Shown here piece by piece: positions 30,004 to 39,077 of a stretch of DNA of 64,000 bases. A program made the position numbers and the translations under genes. The stretch is taken from NCBI GenBank assembly GCA_963695225.1, contig OY968762.1, forward strand, positions 1,088,001-1,152,000. The letters run 5' to 3'. How positions within the stretch are numbered: position 1 is the stretch's first letter; every line of letters starts with the position of its first letter. Source of the DNA: Vulcanimicrobiota bacterium. Lineage in GTDB: Bacteria; Vulcanimicrobiota; Vulcanimicrobiia; Vulcanimicrobiales; Vulcanimicrobiaceae. The notes under the pieces were generated by a model, which was not told the origin of the DNA, ran no database searches, and worked only from the letters and a program-made list of their open reading frames with translations.

Positions 30004-30507
30004 ATGAACGAGCGTCGAGGCGTCCCGCGTAGGCAATTCCTGAGGTTCGCCGGCGCGAGCGCCGCGGCCGCCGCCGCGGGCGCCGCGGCGAGCCCGCCGG
30101 CGAGCGCGGCGGGTCCGCCGGCCGAGCGCGCGATCGCTCGACTCTCCGAGCTCAAGATCGGTCAGGCACTTGCGGCTTCCTATCCCGATGCGGCCTCTCC
30201 GATCGTCGTCTTGAAGCTCGGGCACCGGGTCGAGGGCGGCGTCGGGCCCGACGGCGACATCGTGGCGTACAGCAGCTTTTGCACCCATCAAGGATGCGGC
30301 GTCGCCTACCACGCCGACCGCAAGGTCCTTGCTTGTCCCTGTCATTTTAGCTCGTTCGACCCGGCGACCGGCGGCATGCAAATCATCGGCCAAGCGACGA
30401 CGAACTTGCCGCAGATCGTCCTCGAGACGAAAGGCGATCGGCTGTATGCTACCGGCGTTCGTGGTCTCATCTGGGGCCGCCAAGACAACTACTTGAAGTC
30501 GAGCTAG
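30004..30507 (+). CDS. aioB: Arsenite oxidase small (Rieske) subunit
   Basis: Tat signal RRQFL; GGVGPDGDIVAYS, CTHQGC..CPCHFS, GQATTNLPQ and GLIWGRQ. Confidence 0.93.
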   Translation: MNERRGVPRRQFLRFAGASAAAAAAGAAASPPASAAGPPAERAIARLSELKIGQALAASYPDAASPIVVLKLGHRVEGGVGPDGDIVAYSSFCTHQGCGVAYHADRKVLACPCHFSSFDPATGGMQIIGQATTNLPQIVLETKGDRLYATGVRGLIWGRQDNYLKSS

Positions 30508-30522
30508 CGCGGGGGATCATCG

Positions 30523-33051
30523 ATGAGCGTCTATCGCAATCCCAAGACCGACATCCCGCTGCCTCCGGCGAGCGCGCAGCATGTCAAGACCGTCTGCCAC
30601 TATTGCATCGTCGGCTGTAGCTACGACGTCTATAAGTGGCCGGTCGGCTCGGGAAACGGGGGACCGCGGGCGCACGAGAACGCGCTCGGCGTCGATTTCA
30701 CGCAACAGCAGCCTGCGCTGTCCGGCACTTGGGTCGGCCCGGAGCAGCAGACCGTCGTGCAAGAGCGCGACGGCAAGCGCTACAACGTCGTGATCGTCCC
30801 CAACAAGAAGGCCAAGGTCAACTCGGGGCTCTCCTCCGTGCGCGGCGGATCCCTCGCGACCTCGCTCTATGCGCCGGATAAGCCCACGGCTGCGCGGTTG
30901 CACTACCCGCTGGTCTATCGCGCGCGCGACCTGAACCCAACATCGTGGGACGATGCCGTGGACTTCGTCGCGCGCGTCGTCAAACAATCCATCGACAAGA
31001 GCGGCCCCAACTCGATCTTCATGAAGTTCTTCGACCACGGCGGCGGCGGGGGCGGCTTCGAGAACAATTGGGGCGTCGGCAAGTTCTTCTTCACCGGCGT
31101 CGGAACGATCATGTGCAGCATCCACAATCGGCCCGCGTATAACTCCGAAGTCCATGCGAGCCGCGACATGGGCGTACCCGAACTCAACAACGCCTACGAG
31201 GACGCGGAGCTCGCGGACACGCTGGTGCTGTGGGGCGCGAACTCCTACGAAACGCAAACGAATTACTTCTTGAACCACATGGTGCCGAACCTGAACGGCA
31301 CGTCGCTGGAGAAGAAGCAGAAGACTTTCGGAAGCGAGGCCGTCGCAAAGGGTCGCATGATCGTCGCCGATCCGCGCTATACGACCACGATCGACACGGC
31401 GCGGGCCGCCGGAGGGCAAGCGAACGTCTTGCACCTCTGGCTGAAGCCCGGAACGGACATCGTTCTACTCAACGCCATCGGCCGGATCATTTACGAAAAG
31501 AAGTGGCAGGATCAAGCGTTTATCGATGCCCGTACGGAAAAGCTGTCGGACTACGCGTCCGACGGTCTCCAAACGGCTCGCCCGCTCGATGACTTCCTGG
31601 CCGAGGCCGTGCAAGTCACCGGCGTCTCGCGCAAGGACATGGAGACGGCTGCCGCTTGGATCGCGGCGCCGAAGAAGGGCGGAGCGCGGCCCCGCACGCT
31701 GTTCCACTACGAGAAAGGCATGATCTGGGGGCTGAACAACTACGCCAACATCGGCAGTATCGTAAGCCTTGCGCTGTTGACGGGAAACCTCGGCAAACCC
31801 GGCGTCGGCTGTAGCCGTCTCGGCGGGCACCAAGAGGGATACGTGCGCCCCGGATACGCTGGCCCACGGCCCGCAATCTATATCGATCCGCTGCTGGCCG
31901 AAGGCAAAGGCCGCGTCTTCTGGGTCGGCGGCTGCGATCCGGGCGTGACGACGCTCAACGCCGAACGGATGCGGGACGCGCTCGAAGAGCGTGGAGCGAT
32001 CGTCAAGAAGGCCCTCGACCGCGTGCACTCCGGAAAGACCGAAGACCGCGTAACCGCGATCGCCGACGCGCTCGATGACGGCGGCCTCTTCATCATCGCG
32101 CAAGATCTGTATCTCACCAAGACGGCTGAGCGGGCGCACGTCGTCTTTCCGGCAGCCGCGTGGGGCGAGTCCCCAATCACATCGATCAACGGCGAGCGCC
32201 GGCTGCGACTCTACGAGCAATTCCAAGATCCGCCCGGTGAAGGCAGGCCGGATTGGGCGATCATGGGTGCCGTCGCGCAGCGCCTCCATCAACTCTATGC
32301 GGCCGAGGGCAACAGTGCGATGGCAGCGCGGTTCGACGGCTTCGGTTGGAAGAGCGCCGAAGAAGTATTTCTTGAAGGTGGGCGTTCGTTTCCGCCGGTC
32401 AAGGGTGATCCGGACTACAAGAAGCCGGGGCCGATCGAGAGCTACAGCGGCGTCACATACGGAATGTTGCGCGAGCTGGGGCACGACGGCGTTCAAACGC
32501 CCGTGCAGCACGTCGGAGGCAAGGTCGTCGGAACCGTTCGCCTCTTCACGAACGGCGACCCTTTCCGCACCGAATCCGGCAAGGCCACGTTCAAGGGATT
32601 CAAGTGGCCCGGCTATCCTGCTGAAGTGAAGGCACAGCTCGACAAGTATCCGTTCTTCTTCACGAACGGCCGTCTCAACGTCGCTTGGCAGACGATGTAT
32701 AACGACGAGCGCATGCCCTTTCAGAACGAGCGCGTCCCGATGGCGTGGCTCGAAATCAATCCGGAAGACGCGCGCAATCTCACGATCGAGAGCGGCGACC
32801 TCGTAGAGGTTTACAACGATTACGGGACCGCCAACGCCGCGGCGTTCGTCACGCCGTCCGTCAAGGCGGGAGTCATCTTCATGCAGTTCGCCCATCCGCG
32901 GGGCACGGCGAATTCCCTGACGACGCCCTACGTCGACCCCGCGACGACGATCCCGTACTACAAAGGATCGGCTGCCGGCATCCGCAAGATCGGGACGCTA
33001 CCGTCGCTCAAAGGGCACATGACGTGGATCCCGGTGATCGAGACAGCCTAG
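30523..33051 (+). CDS. aioA: Arsenite oxidase large (Mo-bisPGD) subunit
   Basis: CHYCIVGC..SVRG 3Fe-4S motif; FDHGGGGGGFENNW, HNRPAYNSE and RLGGHQEGY. Confidence 0.95.
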   Translation: MSVYRNPKTDIPLPPASAQHVKTVCHYCIVGCSYDVYKWPVGSGNGGPRAHENALGVDFTQQQPALSGTWVGPEQQTVVQERDGKRYNVVIVPNKKAKVNSGLSSVRGGSLATSLYAPDKPTAARLHYPLVYRARDLNPTSWDDAVDFVARVVKQSIDKSGPNSIFMKFFDHGGGGGGFENNWGVGKFFFTGVGTIMCSIHNRPAYNSEVHASRDMGVPELNNAYEDAELADTLVLWGANSYETQTNYFLNHMVPNLNGTSLEKKQKTFGSEAVAKGRMIVADPRYTTTIDTARAAGGQANVLHLWLKPGTDIVLLNAIGRIIYEKKWQDQAFIDARTEKLSDYASDGLQTARPLDDFLAEAVQVTGVSRKDMETAAAWIAAPKKGGARPRTLFHYEKGMIWGLNNYANIGSIVSLALLTGNLGKPGVGCSRLGGHQEGYVRPGYAGPRPAIYIDPLLAEGKGRVFWVGGCDPGVTTLNAERMRDALEERGAIVKKALDRVHSGKTEDRVTAIADALDDGGLFIIAQDLYLTKTAERAHVVFPAAAWGESPITSINGERRLRLYEQFQDPPGEGRPDWAIMGAVAQRLHQLYAAEGNSAMAARFDGFGWKSAEEVFLEGGRSFPPVKGDPDYKKPGPIESYSGVTYGMLRELGHDGVQTPVQHVGGKVVGTVRLFTNGDPFRTESGKATFKGFKWPGYPAEVKAQLDKYPFFFTNGRLNVAWQTMYNDERMPFQNERVPMAWLEINPEDARNLTIESGDLVEVYNDYGTANAAAFVTPSVKAGVIFMQFAHPRGTANSLTTPYVDPATTIPYYKGSAAGIRKIGTLPSLKGHMTWIPVIETA

Positions 33052-33060
33052 CAGGCCCAA

Positions 33061-33405
33061 CTACGAGCAGTCGCTCGCGCGCTTGCGGTCTCGAGAGCGC
33101 GCGAGCGCGCGCGTAAACGACGCGAGCTCCTCGAACGCGGTCCGGGTCAAGCGGTAGTACGACCATTTCCCCGATTTGCGGTCCGAGACGAAGCCCTGCT
33201 CGCGCAAGACGCGGAGGTGGTGCGAAAGCAGCGGTTGCGAGATGCCAAGCGCGTCGACGAGTTCGCAAACGCAGCATTCTCCTTCTGAGAGCATGATCAA
33301 AACGTGTAGGCGTGTCGGGTCGCCGAGCACTCGAAGCGCCGCTGCAAGCGCCTCTCGACGCTGAGCGGCCGTCGCCCGATTCTCTACCGCTGCATGCGTC
33401 ACCAT
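33061..33405 (-). CDS. ArsR/SmtB family regulator
   Basis: LGDPTRL, ECCVCEL, SQPLLSHHLRVL and GKWSYY. Confidence 0.88.
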   Translation of the reverse strand: MVTHAAVENRATAAQRREALAAALRVLGDPTRLHVLIMLSEGECCVCELVDALGISQPLLSHHLRVLREQGFVSDRKSGKWSYYRLTRTAFEELASFTRALARSRDRKRASDCS

Positions 33406-33710
33406 AGCTCTCGCTTCGCCTAAGGCAGGAAGCCGCCATCCCTCCATAGGTCGAGAGGGGACACCTCTGGGGGTGATCGTCGCCGGAGAGGTTCAAGTAA
33501 CGTCGGAAAGGCGACGCTCACCGCCTCGCGTTCTAGATTCTGGGAGACGGCCGAAGCTGCCCGACCATCGGAGTTGGGCGGGCGGCGGGCGGAAGGCTGA
33601 ATGCGTCGCTGCGTCGTCGAAGCGACCTCCCCCCACGACTGTGACCCGTTCCGAGGGCGCCCGATAACGGCGACCCCCTCCTCACGCCTGCCCATGACGG
33701 AGGATCCAGC

Positions 33711-36011
33711 ATGTTCTATCCCGGCCTTGCGTGGCGAATGTGGAGCGCTTGGGCGGACGCCCTTCGGCCTGGCCCTGCGGCCGGGAGCTCCGCCGGTCGA
33801 AACAACGGCGCGGCGCCGAAGGTCGCGCCGCCGCCCTCGGCCGGCTTGGCCGCCGAAGCCTGGGAATACTGGTACGATCGCGTGCAACGGTCGTGGCTGT
33901 TGTTGGACGTGCTGCGCGAACGCGGGAACGCGAAGCTCGAGCATGAGCAACAGGGCAAGCCTGCGCTCCTGACGTTCGAATACGAGACGGTGTTGGACGG
34001 AAGAACGCTCGACCGCCCGGCCAACTATGCGTTGCTGCGGATCGCGCCGCGCCCCGGGGTGCAGACCGATGCGAAGAAGCGGCCGTACGTGATCGTCGAT
34101 CCGCGCGCGGGACACGGCCCCGGCGTCGGCGGTTTCAAAGAGGATAGCCAGATCGGGATGGCGCTGCGCGCCGGCCATCCCTGCTATTTTCTGACGTTCT
34201 ATCCCGATCCGGTCCCGGGGCAGACGATCGCCGACGTGCATCACGTCGAGACGATCTTCATGCGCACCGTGCGCGACCTCCATCCCGATGCAAACAAACC
34301 AGTCGTGATCGGCAACTGCCAAGCGGGCTGGGCCGTCGCGATCCTGTGCGCGGGTGCGCCCGACGTCTTCGGGCCGATCATCTTGGCCGGTGCACCGCTC
34401 TCCTATTGGGCCGGGGCGGACGGCGACGGTCCGCTCCGCTTCGCGGGCGGCCTGACGGGCGGGACGTGGCTGACGTCGCTCGCAGGCGATCTCGGAAACG
34501 GACGCTTCGACGGCGCGAATCTCGTTGCGAACTTCGAGAACCTCAACCCGGCAAACACGTTGTGGAGCAAGACGTACAACTTGTTTCGCAAGATCGATAC
34601 GGAGGCCGAGCGCTATCTGCAGTTCGAGCGCTGGTGGGGCGGCTTCTTCTTCGTCAACACCGAGGAGATGCGTTTCATCGCGAACGAGTTGTTCGTCAGC
34701 AACAAGCTCGCGCAAGGGCGGCTCACGCAGGAGCCGGGCCAAGATCCCGTCGACCTGCGGAACATCCGCTCGCCGATCGTCGTATTCTGCTCGTGGGGCG
34801 ACAACATCACGCCGCCCTATCAAGCGCTGCACTGGATCCTCGACGTCTATCCGACCGACGAAGATCTGCTCGCGAACGAACAGACGATCATCTACATGCT
34901 GCACGATACGATCGGGCATCTCGGCATTTTCGTCTCGGGTGAGGTCGCGCGCAAGGAGCACGCGGAGGTGATCCGCACGCTCGAGATGGTCGAGATGCTC
35001 CCGGCGGGCCTCTACGAGATGACGATCCGCGATAAGGAGCCGGGGCATCCCGCCGACGAGCTGATCGCGGGACGCTATCGCGTAAAGTTCGAGGAGCGCA
35101 AGCTCGACGACATCCGCAAGATGGGCGGCGTGCTGCAGAACGAAAAGCTCTTCGAGACCGCGGCGCGCGTTTCGCAGTTCAACGAAGCGCTCTATCGGAA
35201 CTACGTCTCGCCCTGGGTGCGTATGTGGACGAACGAAGCGACTGCGGAGTTCGTGCGCGCCATGCATCCCGGACGAGTCCGCCAATACATCTTCTCCGAC
35301 CGTCTCAACCCCGCGATGGCCCCCGTCGAATCCATCGCCGAGTCGATTCGCAAGAATCGCCGGCCCGCCGCCGCCGACAACGTGTTCGTCGCACTCGAGC
35401 AGACGTTCTCCGACGGGATCGTCGCCTGGCTCAACCTCTACCGCGACCTGCGCGACCAGACGCAAGAGCAAATGTTCAAAGCCTTCTACGGCCAGCCGCT
35501 TCTGCAGAAGGCCTTCGGAGTCGACGCCGAACCGGCGGGCCACAGCGAAGAAGCGGAACGGAGGGAAGAGGCCGAACGGCGCGCGCGCATGGCCGAGCGG
35601 ATCGAGGCGCTCAAGGCGCGCGATCTCGAAGGCGGAACGCTCGAAGCGTTCGTGCGGATCTGCGCGTACGTACACAAAGGGCAACCGGCCGCCGAAGAGC
35701 GCGGTTTCCGCGCGCTGGCACAAATCTATGCGGAGCTGCACGAGGACACGCGCAAGACGCTCGTCGAGTTCAAGGACGCGGTACGCGAGCAGACGTTCCT
35801 CGTGCGCCTCGACGAAGAGCGGGCGCTGGAGACGCTCCCGTTCCTCCTCCGCGACGACGAACACCGGCTTGCGACGATGCACGCCGTTCGGCGCATGGAG
35901 AACGCGATGGGTCCCGTCGACGCGGAGCACGAGGCCCGCATCCGCCGCGTCGAGGAAGTCCTCGCCGTACCGTTGACTGCCGCTGACGCCACACTCGAAG
36001 GCGATCCCTAA
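33711..36011 (+). CDS. DUF3141 domain alpha/beta-hydrolase-fold protein (PHA-metabolism associated)
   Basis: DPRAGHGPGVGGFK, GNCQAGW, GDNITPP and GHLGIFVS. Confidence 0.85.
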   Translation: MFYPGLAWRMWSAWADALRPGPAAGSSAGRNNGAAPKVAPPPSAGLAAEAWEYWYDRVQRSWLLLDVLRERGNAKLEHEQQGKPALLTFEYETVLDGRTLDRPANYALLRIAPRPGVQTDAKKRPYVIVDPRAGHGPGVGGFKEDSQIGMALRAGHPCYFLTFYPDPVPGQTIADVHHVETIFMRTVRDLHPDANKPVVIGNCQAGWAVAILCAGAPDVFGPIILAGAPLSYWAGADGDGPLRFAGGLTGGTWLTSLAGDLGNGRFDGANLVANFENLNPANTLWSKTYNLFRKIDTEAERYLQFERWWGGFFFVNTEEMRFIANELFVSNKLAQGRLTQEPGQDPVDLRNIRSPIVVFCSWGDNITPPYQALHWILDVYPTDEDLLANEQTIIYMLHDTIGHLGIFVSGEVARKEHAEVIRTLEMVEMLPAGLYEMTIRDKEPGHPADELIAGRYRVKFEERKLDDIRKMGGVLQNEKLFETAARVSQFNEALYRNYVSPWVRMWTNEATAEFVRAMHPGRVRQYIFSDRLNPAMAPVESIAESIRKNRRPAAADNVFVALEQTFSDGIVAWLNLYRDLRDQTQEQMFKAFYGQPLLQKAFGVDAEPAGHSEEAERREEAERRARMAERIEALKARDLEGGTLEAFVRICAYVHKGQPAAEERGFRALAQIYAELHEDTRKTLVEFKDAVREQTFLVRLDEERALETLPFLLRDDEHRLATMHAVRRMENAMGPVDAEHEARIRRVEEVLAVPLTAADATLEGDP

Positions 36012-36030
36012 GGGGTTCCGCGGCTTCGAT

Positions 36031-36747
36031 ATGCCAGAGGAAGAACAACCGGCGGCCTTCTCGGCCCTGGACGATCCGATTTGGAATGCGCTCACCTCCG
36101 CACATCGATCGATGGCACGGGCGAAAGGCCGCGCGCTCCGATACGCGCCGGACGTATCGCCGTTGGCTGCGCTACGCGACCTTTCCGAGGACGCGTTCGA
36201 CGACTTGCGCGCCCTGGCCCAAGCCGGCGAGGAACTCGCGCTCTTCACGATCGAGCCGGTGAACGTGCCGCCCGGCTGGCAGATCGTGCGGGAGCGCTTC
36301 ATCGACCAGATGGTCTGCACCGAACTCGCGCCGTTCGATTCACCGCCGCTCCTCGCGTTACGGGACGACGACGTGCCCGAGATGCTGGCCCTCGCCGCCG
36401 CCACCCAGCCCGGGCCGTTCCTCTCCGGAACCATTCGGATGGGGCAGTACTTCGGCATCCGTTCCGCCGACGGGCGGTTGGTGGCGATGACGGGGCAACG
36501 GCTTGCCCTCAGCGGCTTCACCGAGATCAGCGCGGTCTGCACGGACCCCGATTTCCGCGGCCGCGGCTTCGCGCGATCGCTGATCTCCAGGCTCGCCGCC
36601 CGCGTGCTCGGCGAAGGCAAGATCCCGTTTCTCCACGTGAAGACCGAAAACGCCGCCAAGATCGTCTACGAAAAGCTCGGCTTTCGCGTCCGCCGCCCGA
36701 TCCGCTTCACGCTGATCGCGCCGCGTAACGGCACGCCGCCCCCGTAA
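36031..36747 (+). CDS. GNAT (FR47-like) acetyltransferase
   Basis: LDDPIWNAL, TQPGPF, EISAVCTDPDFRGRG and YEKLGF. Confidence 0.88.
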   Translation: MPEEEQPAAFSALDDPIWNALTSAHRSMARAKGRALRYAPDVSPLAALRDLSEDAFDDLRALAQAGEELALFTIEPVNVPPGWQIVRERFIDQMVCTELAPFDSPPLLALRDDDVPEMLALAAATQPGPFLSGTIRMGQYFGIRSADGRLVAMTGQRLALSGFTEISAVCTDPDFRGRGFARSLISRLAARVLGEGKIPFLHVKTENAAKIVYEKLGFRVRRPIRFTLIAPRNGTPPP

Positions 36748-36749
36748 CC

Positions 36750-38276
36750 TCACGCCTCACGGCTCGTCTTCCGGACGAAGCTCAGAACGAGCTTGGGGCA
36801 GAGGCTGCGCGCGGCGGCGAGGCCGGAGAGCGTCGCTCCGACGGTGCTTTGCCCCGGGAAGGCGGTATCGCCGCAGAGCAGCAAACCGGCGACCGGCGTG
36901 CGCTGCGTGAGCGCGCCGAAGTTCGCTGCCGCCGGCGTTTGCGGCACGCCGCCGACGCATCCGCGCAGGCGGCCCGTATAATGCGCGAACGTGAGCGGCG
37001 TTGCGGGCTCGATGAGTTCCGCGCGGCGGCTCGCACCGGGGACGACCGCGTCGAGCGCTTCCAACAGCCGCTCCGCATATTCGCTTCGAAGCGCGGCGAG
37101 CTCGCCGGTCTGCGCGGCGCGCTCCCAGCGCGCCGCATCCGTGTGGGTCGAGATCGTCACGGCGCGCCCGCCGCCGCGTGCGCGGCGCAACTCGCCGGGG
37201 GCCGAAAATGAGAGGAACGCCGTGTTCCCTTCGCCGAGCGGCGCGTCGTAACGGCCCATGCGCTGATGGTGAAACGGCAAGTCGTCCGGAACGACGCCGG
37301 GGGGAAGGCCCACGTACAGCATGAACGCGCCCCAGCGTTGCGAGAGCGCGGCCACCCGGCCACGATACCGGTTCGAAGCGCCGCCGCCTTCGCGCAACGC
37401 GGGGGTCAGCGCGACGAGATTCTGCACGGGAAGCGCGCCGATGACCGAGGCGCAGCGGATGCGCCGGCCTTCCGCCGTTACGACACCGGTGACGCGCCCG
37501 CGCTCGCTCTCGATCGCGCTGCATTCGACGCCGTACCGGATCGCGCAACCGCTCTTGCGGACCGAACGGGCAAGCGCGATCGCGATCGACGCGATCCCGT
37601 CTTCGAGGTGGAACGTGCCTTCGCGTGCGAGATCGAGCGCCGTCGCACCGTACGCGAGATCGGCGCGCGTTGCGTCGACCTGCGCCGTGATCAGAAGGTG
37701 CGCATCGACGAACGCGCGCAGTCGCGGGGAAGCCTCCGGCGGGAGCAGGGAGCCGAGCGTGCGGCCCAACGTGCGCACGAGCGGAACGTGCCGCAACCGA
37801 AACGCTCGCGCGAGCGCGGCCAGGCTCGGCGCGTCGGCCGGCAAGCCGGGAAACCCAGCCGAGAAATCCCACGCGAGGTTCGCGATGCGTTCCTGAGCGG
37901 CCCAGAAAGGCTCCGCACCCGGTCCGAACGCACGAACGCGCTCCGCGTGCCAGCGCGCATCGCCGTAGCGCACGATCGTTGCGTCCGGGAGGTGGACCAC
38001 CATCGCCGGTTCGACCGGCTCCGCCGGAACGTCGAGGCCGAGGTGTTCGAAAACCCGCCGGTGCGCCCCGCGCGCTCCGAAGCCCCCGACGAGCGTCGCG
38101 CCGACGTCGAAGCGAAATCCTCCGCGCTGATAGAACGACGCGCAGCCGCCGGCCAGCGTATGCCGCTCGAGTACGAGCACCTTCGCACCCTCGTGCGCAA
38201 GCAATGCCGCAGCGGTCAGGCCCGAAACGCCGGCCCCGATGACGACGCAATCGTAGTTTCCGTTCGCGCGATCCAC
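36750..38276 (-). CDS. Carotenoid desaturase-family FAD oxidoreductase (CrtD-like)
   Basis: VIGAGVSGL, GGCASFYQRGGFRFDVGAT, ATPLTFAHYT and GDTAFPGQST. Confidence 0.75.
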   Translation of the reverse strand: MDRANGNYDCVVIGAGVSGLTAAALLAHEGAKVLVLERHTLAGGCASFYQRGGFRFDVGATLVGGFGARGAHRRVFEHLGLDVPAEPVEPAMVVHLPDATIVRYGDARWHAERVRAFGPGAEPFWAAQERIANLAWDFSAGFPGLPADAPSLAALARAFRLRHVPLVRTLGRTLGSLLPPEASPRLRAFVDAHLLITAQVDATRADLAYGATALDLAREGTFHLEDGIASIAIALARSVRKSGCAIRYGVECSAIESERGRVTGVVTAEGRRIRCASVIGALPVQNLVALTPALREGGGASNRYRGRVAALSQRWGAFMLYVGLPPGVVPDDLPFHHQRMGRYDAPLGEGNTAFLSFSAPGELRRARGGGRAVTISTHTDAARWERAAQTGELAALRSEYAERLLEALDAVVPGASRRAELIEPATPLTFAHYTGRLRGCVGGVPQTPAAANFGALTQRTPVAGLLLCGDTAFPGQSTVGATLSGLAAARSLCPKLVLSFVRKTSREA

Positions 38277-38541
38277 TCCAAACGTCAGACGTCGCTGCCC
38301 TCCCTTTCGAGCCCATTGCTCCTCCGGCGCGCCGAATTCGTTGCTGGTGTTTCGCGCGGTCCGTGCCGATACCGTAGGTATCCCGGCTCTTGCTTCAACG
38401 TGGTCGCCGGGCCCGGTCAGATTCCGAACCGTGTCCGGCGAGTCTCCAGCGAGGATCCGGCGAATTTCGAACGGGGAAATACGCACTAGCCCCTCCGGTT
38501 CAAGGCACTTGAAAGCCCCCGCGCTCAAAGGAGCGATCATC

Positions 38542-39012
38542 ATGAATAAGTTCGCGCCCGCGTTGATCGCGGTCGCCCTCGCCGTAGCCCCGCTCGCCGC
38601 CCTCGCCGATTCGGACATGGTTTCGAACGTCTGTAAGGGCGACTCGACGGGAACCTGCCATTACAGCTACATCCCCGGTGAAAACAGCACCGACGTCACG
38701 GACCACACGTTCACGATCCACGTCAAGGGGCCGAGCCCCGTCACCTCGATTCGCGTCGATCGTAAGACATCGGACGATAGCTACAACTGGGGCGGAAACT
38801 TCCTCGAGCCGCCGTGCGGCAACCAAGCGTGCAACAGCGTCCCCGTCGGCGAAGACTTCAAGATCTACTTCGGCTACGAAGATCAGCCGGGCGTCCGTCA
38901 CTTCGGGGACTGCATGCAATACATCCAAGTGAAATTCGGCAACGGGCAGTCCCATTACGACATCATCTACATGGACACGTGCAAACACAGCGGCGTGGAC
39001 GTCGCACGCTGA
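38542..39012 (+). CDS. Secreted Cys-rich hypothetical protein
   Basis: AAGGAG RBS, signal peptide ALA-D, 6 Cys. Confidence 0.7.
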   Translation: MNKFAPALIAVALAVAPLAALADSDMVSNVCKGDSTGTCHYSYIPGENSTDVTDHTFTIHVKGPSPVTSIRVDRKTSDDSYNWGGNFLEPPCGNQACNSVPVGEDFKIYFGYEDQPGVRHFGDCMQYIQVKFGNGQSHYDIIYMDTCKHSGVDVAR

Positions 39013-39077
39013 CGTCCTCAACGCCTCGCCTCTTCGTCACGTCGGCGCCGGCGTCGCGACGTCTCTCGCGGCGGCGC

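Noticed and set aside
33480..33496. TGAACCTCTCCGG-like sequence (minus strand) resembling an IS3 end at the arsenic island edge; a similar one at ~13709
   Set aside because: Short, weak match with no transposase and no target duplication.
33420..36659. 1079-aa minus-strand ORF
   Set aside because: Antisense shadow of the DUF3141 and GNAT genes; high GC suppresses stops and there are no motifs.
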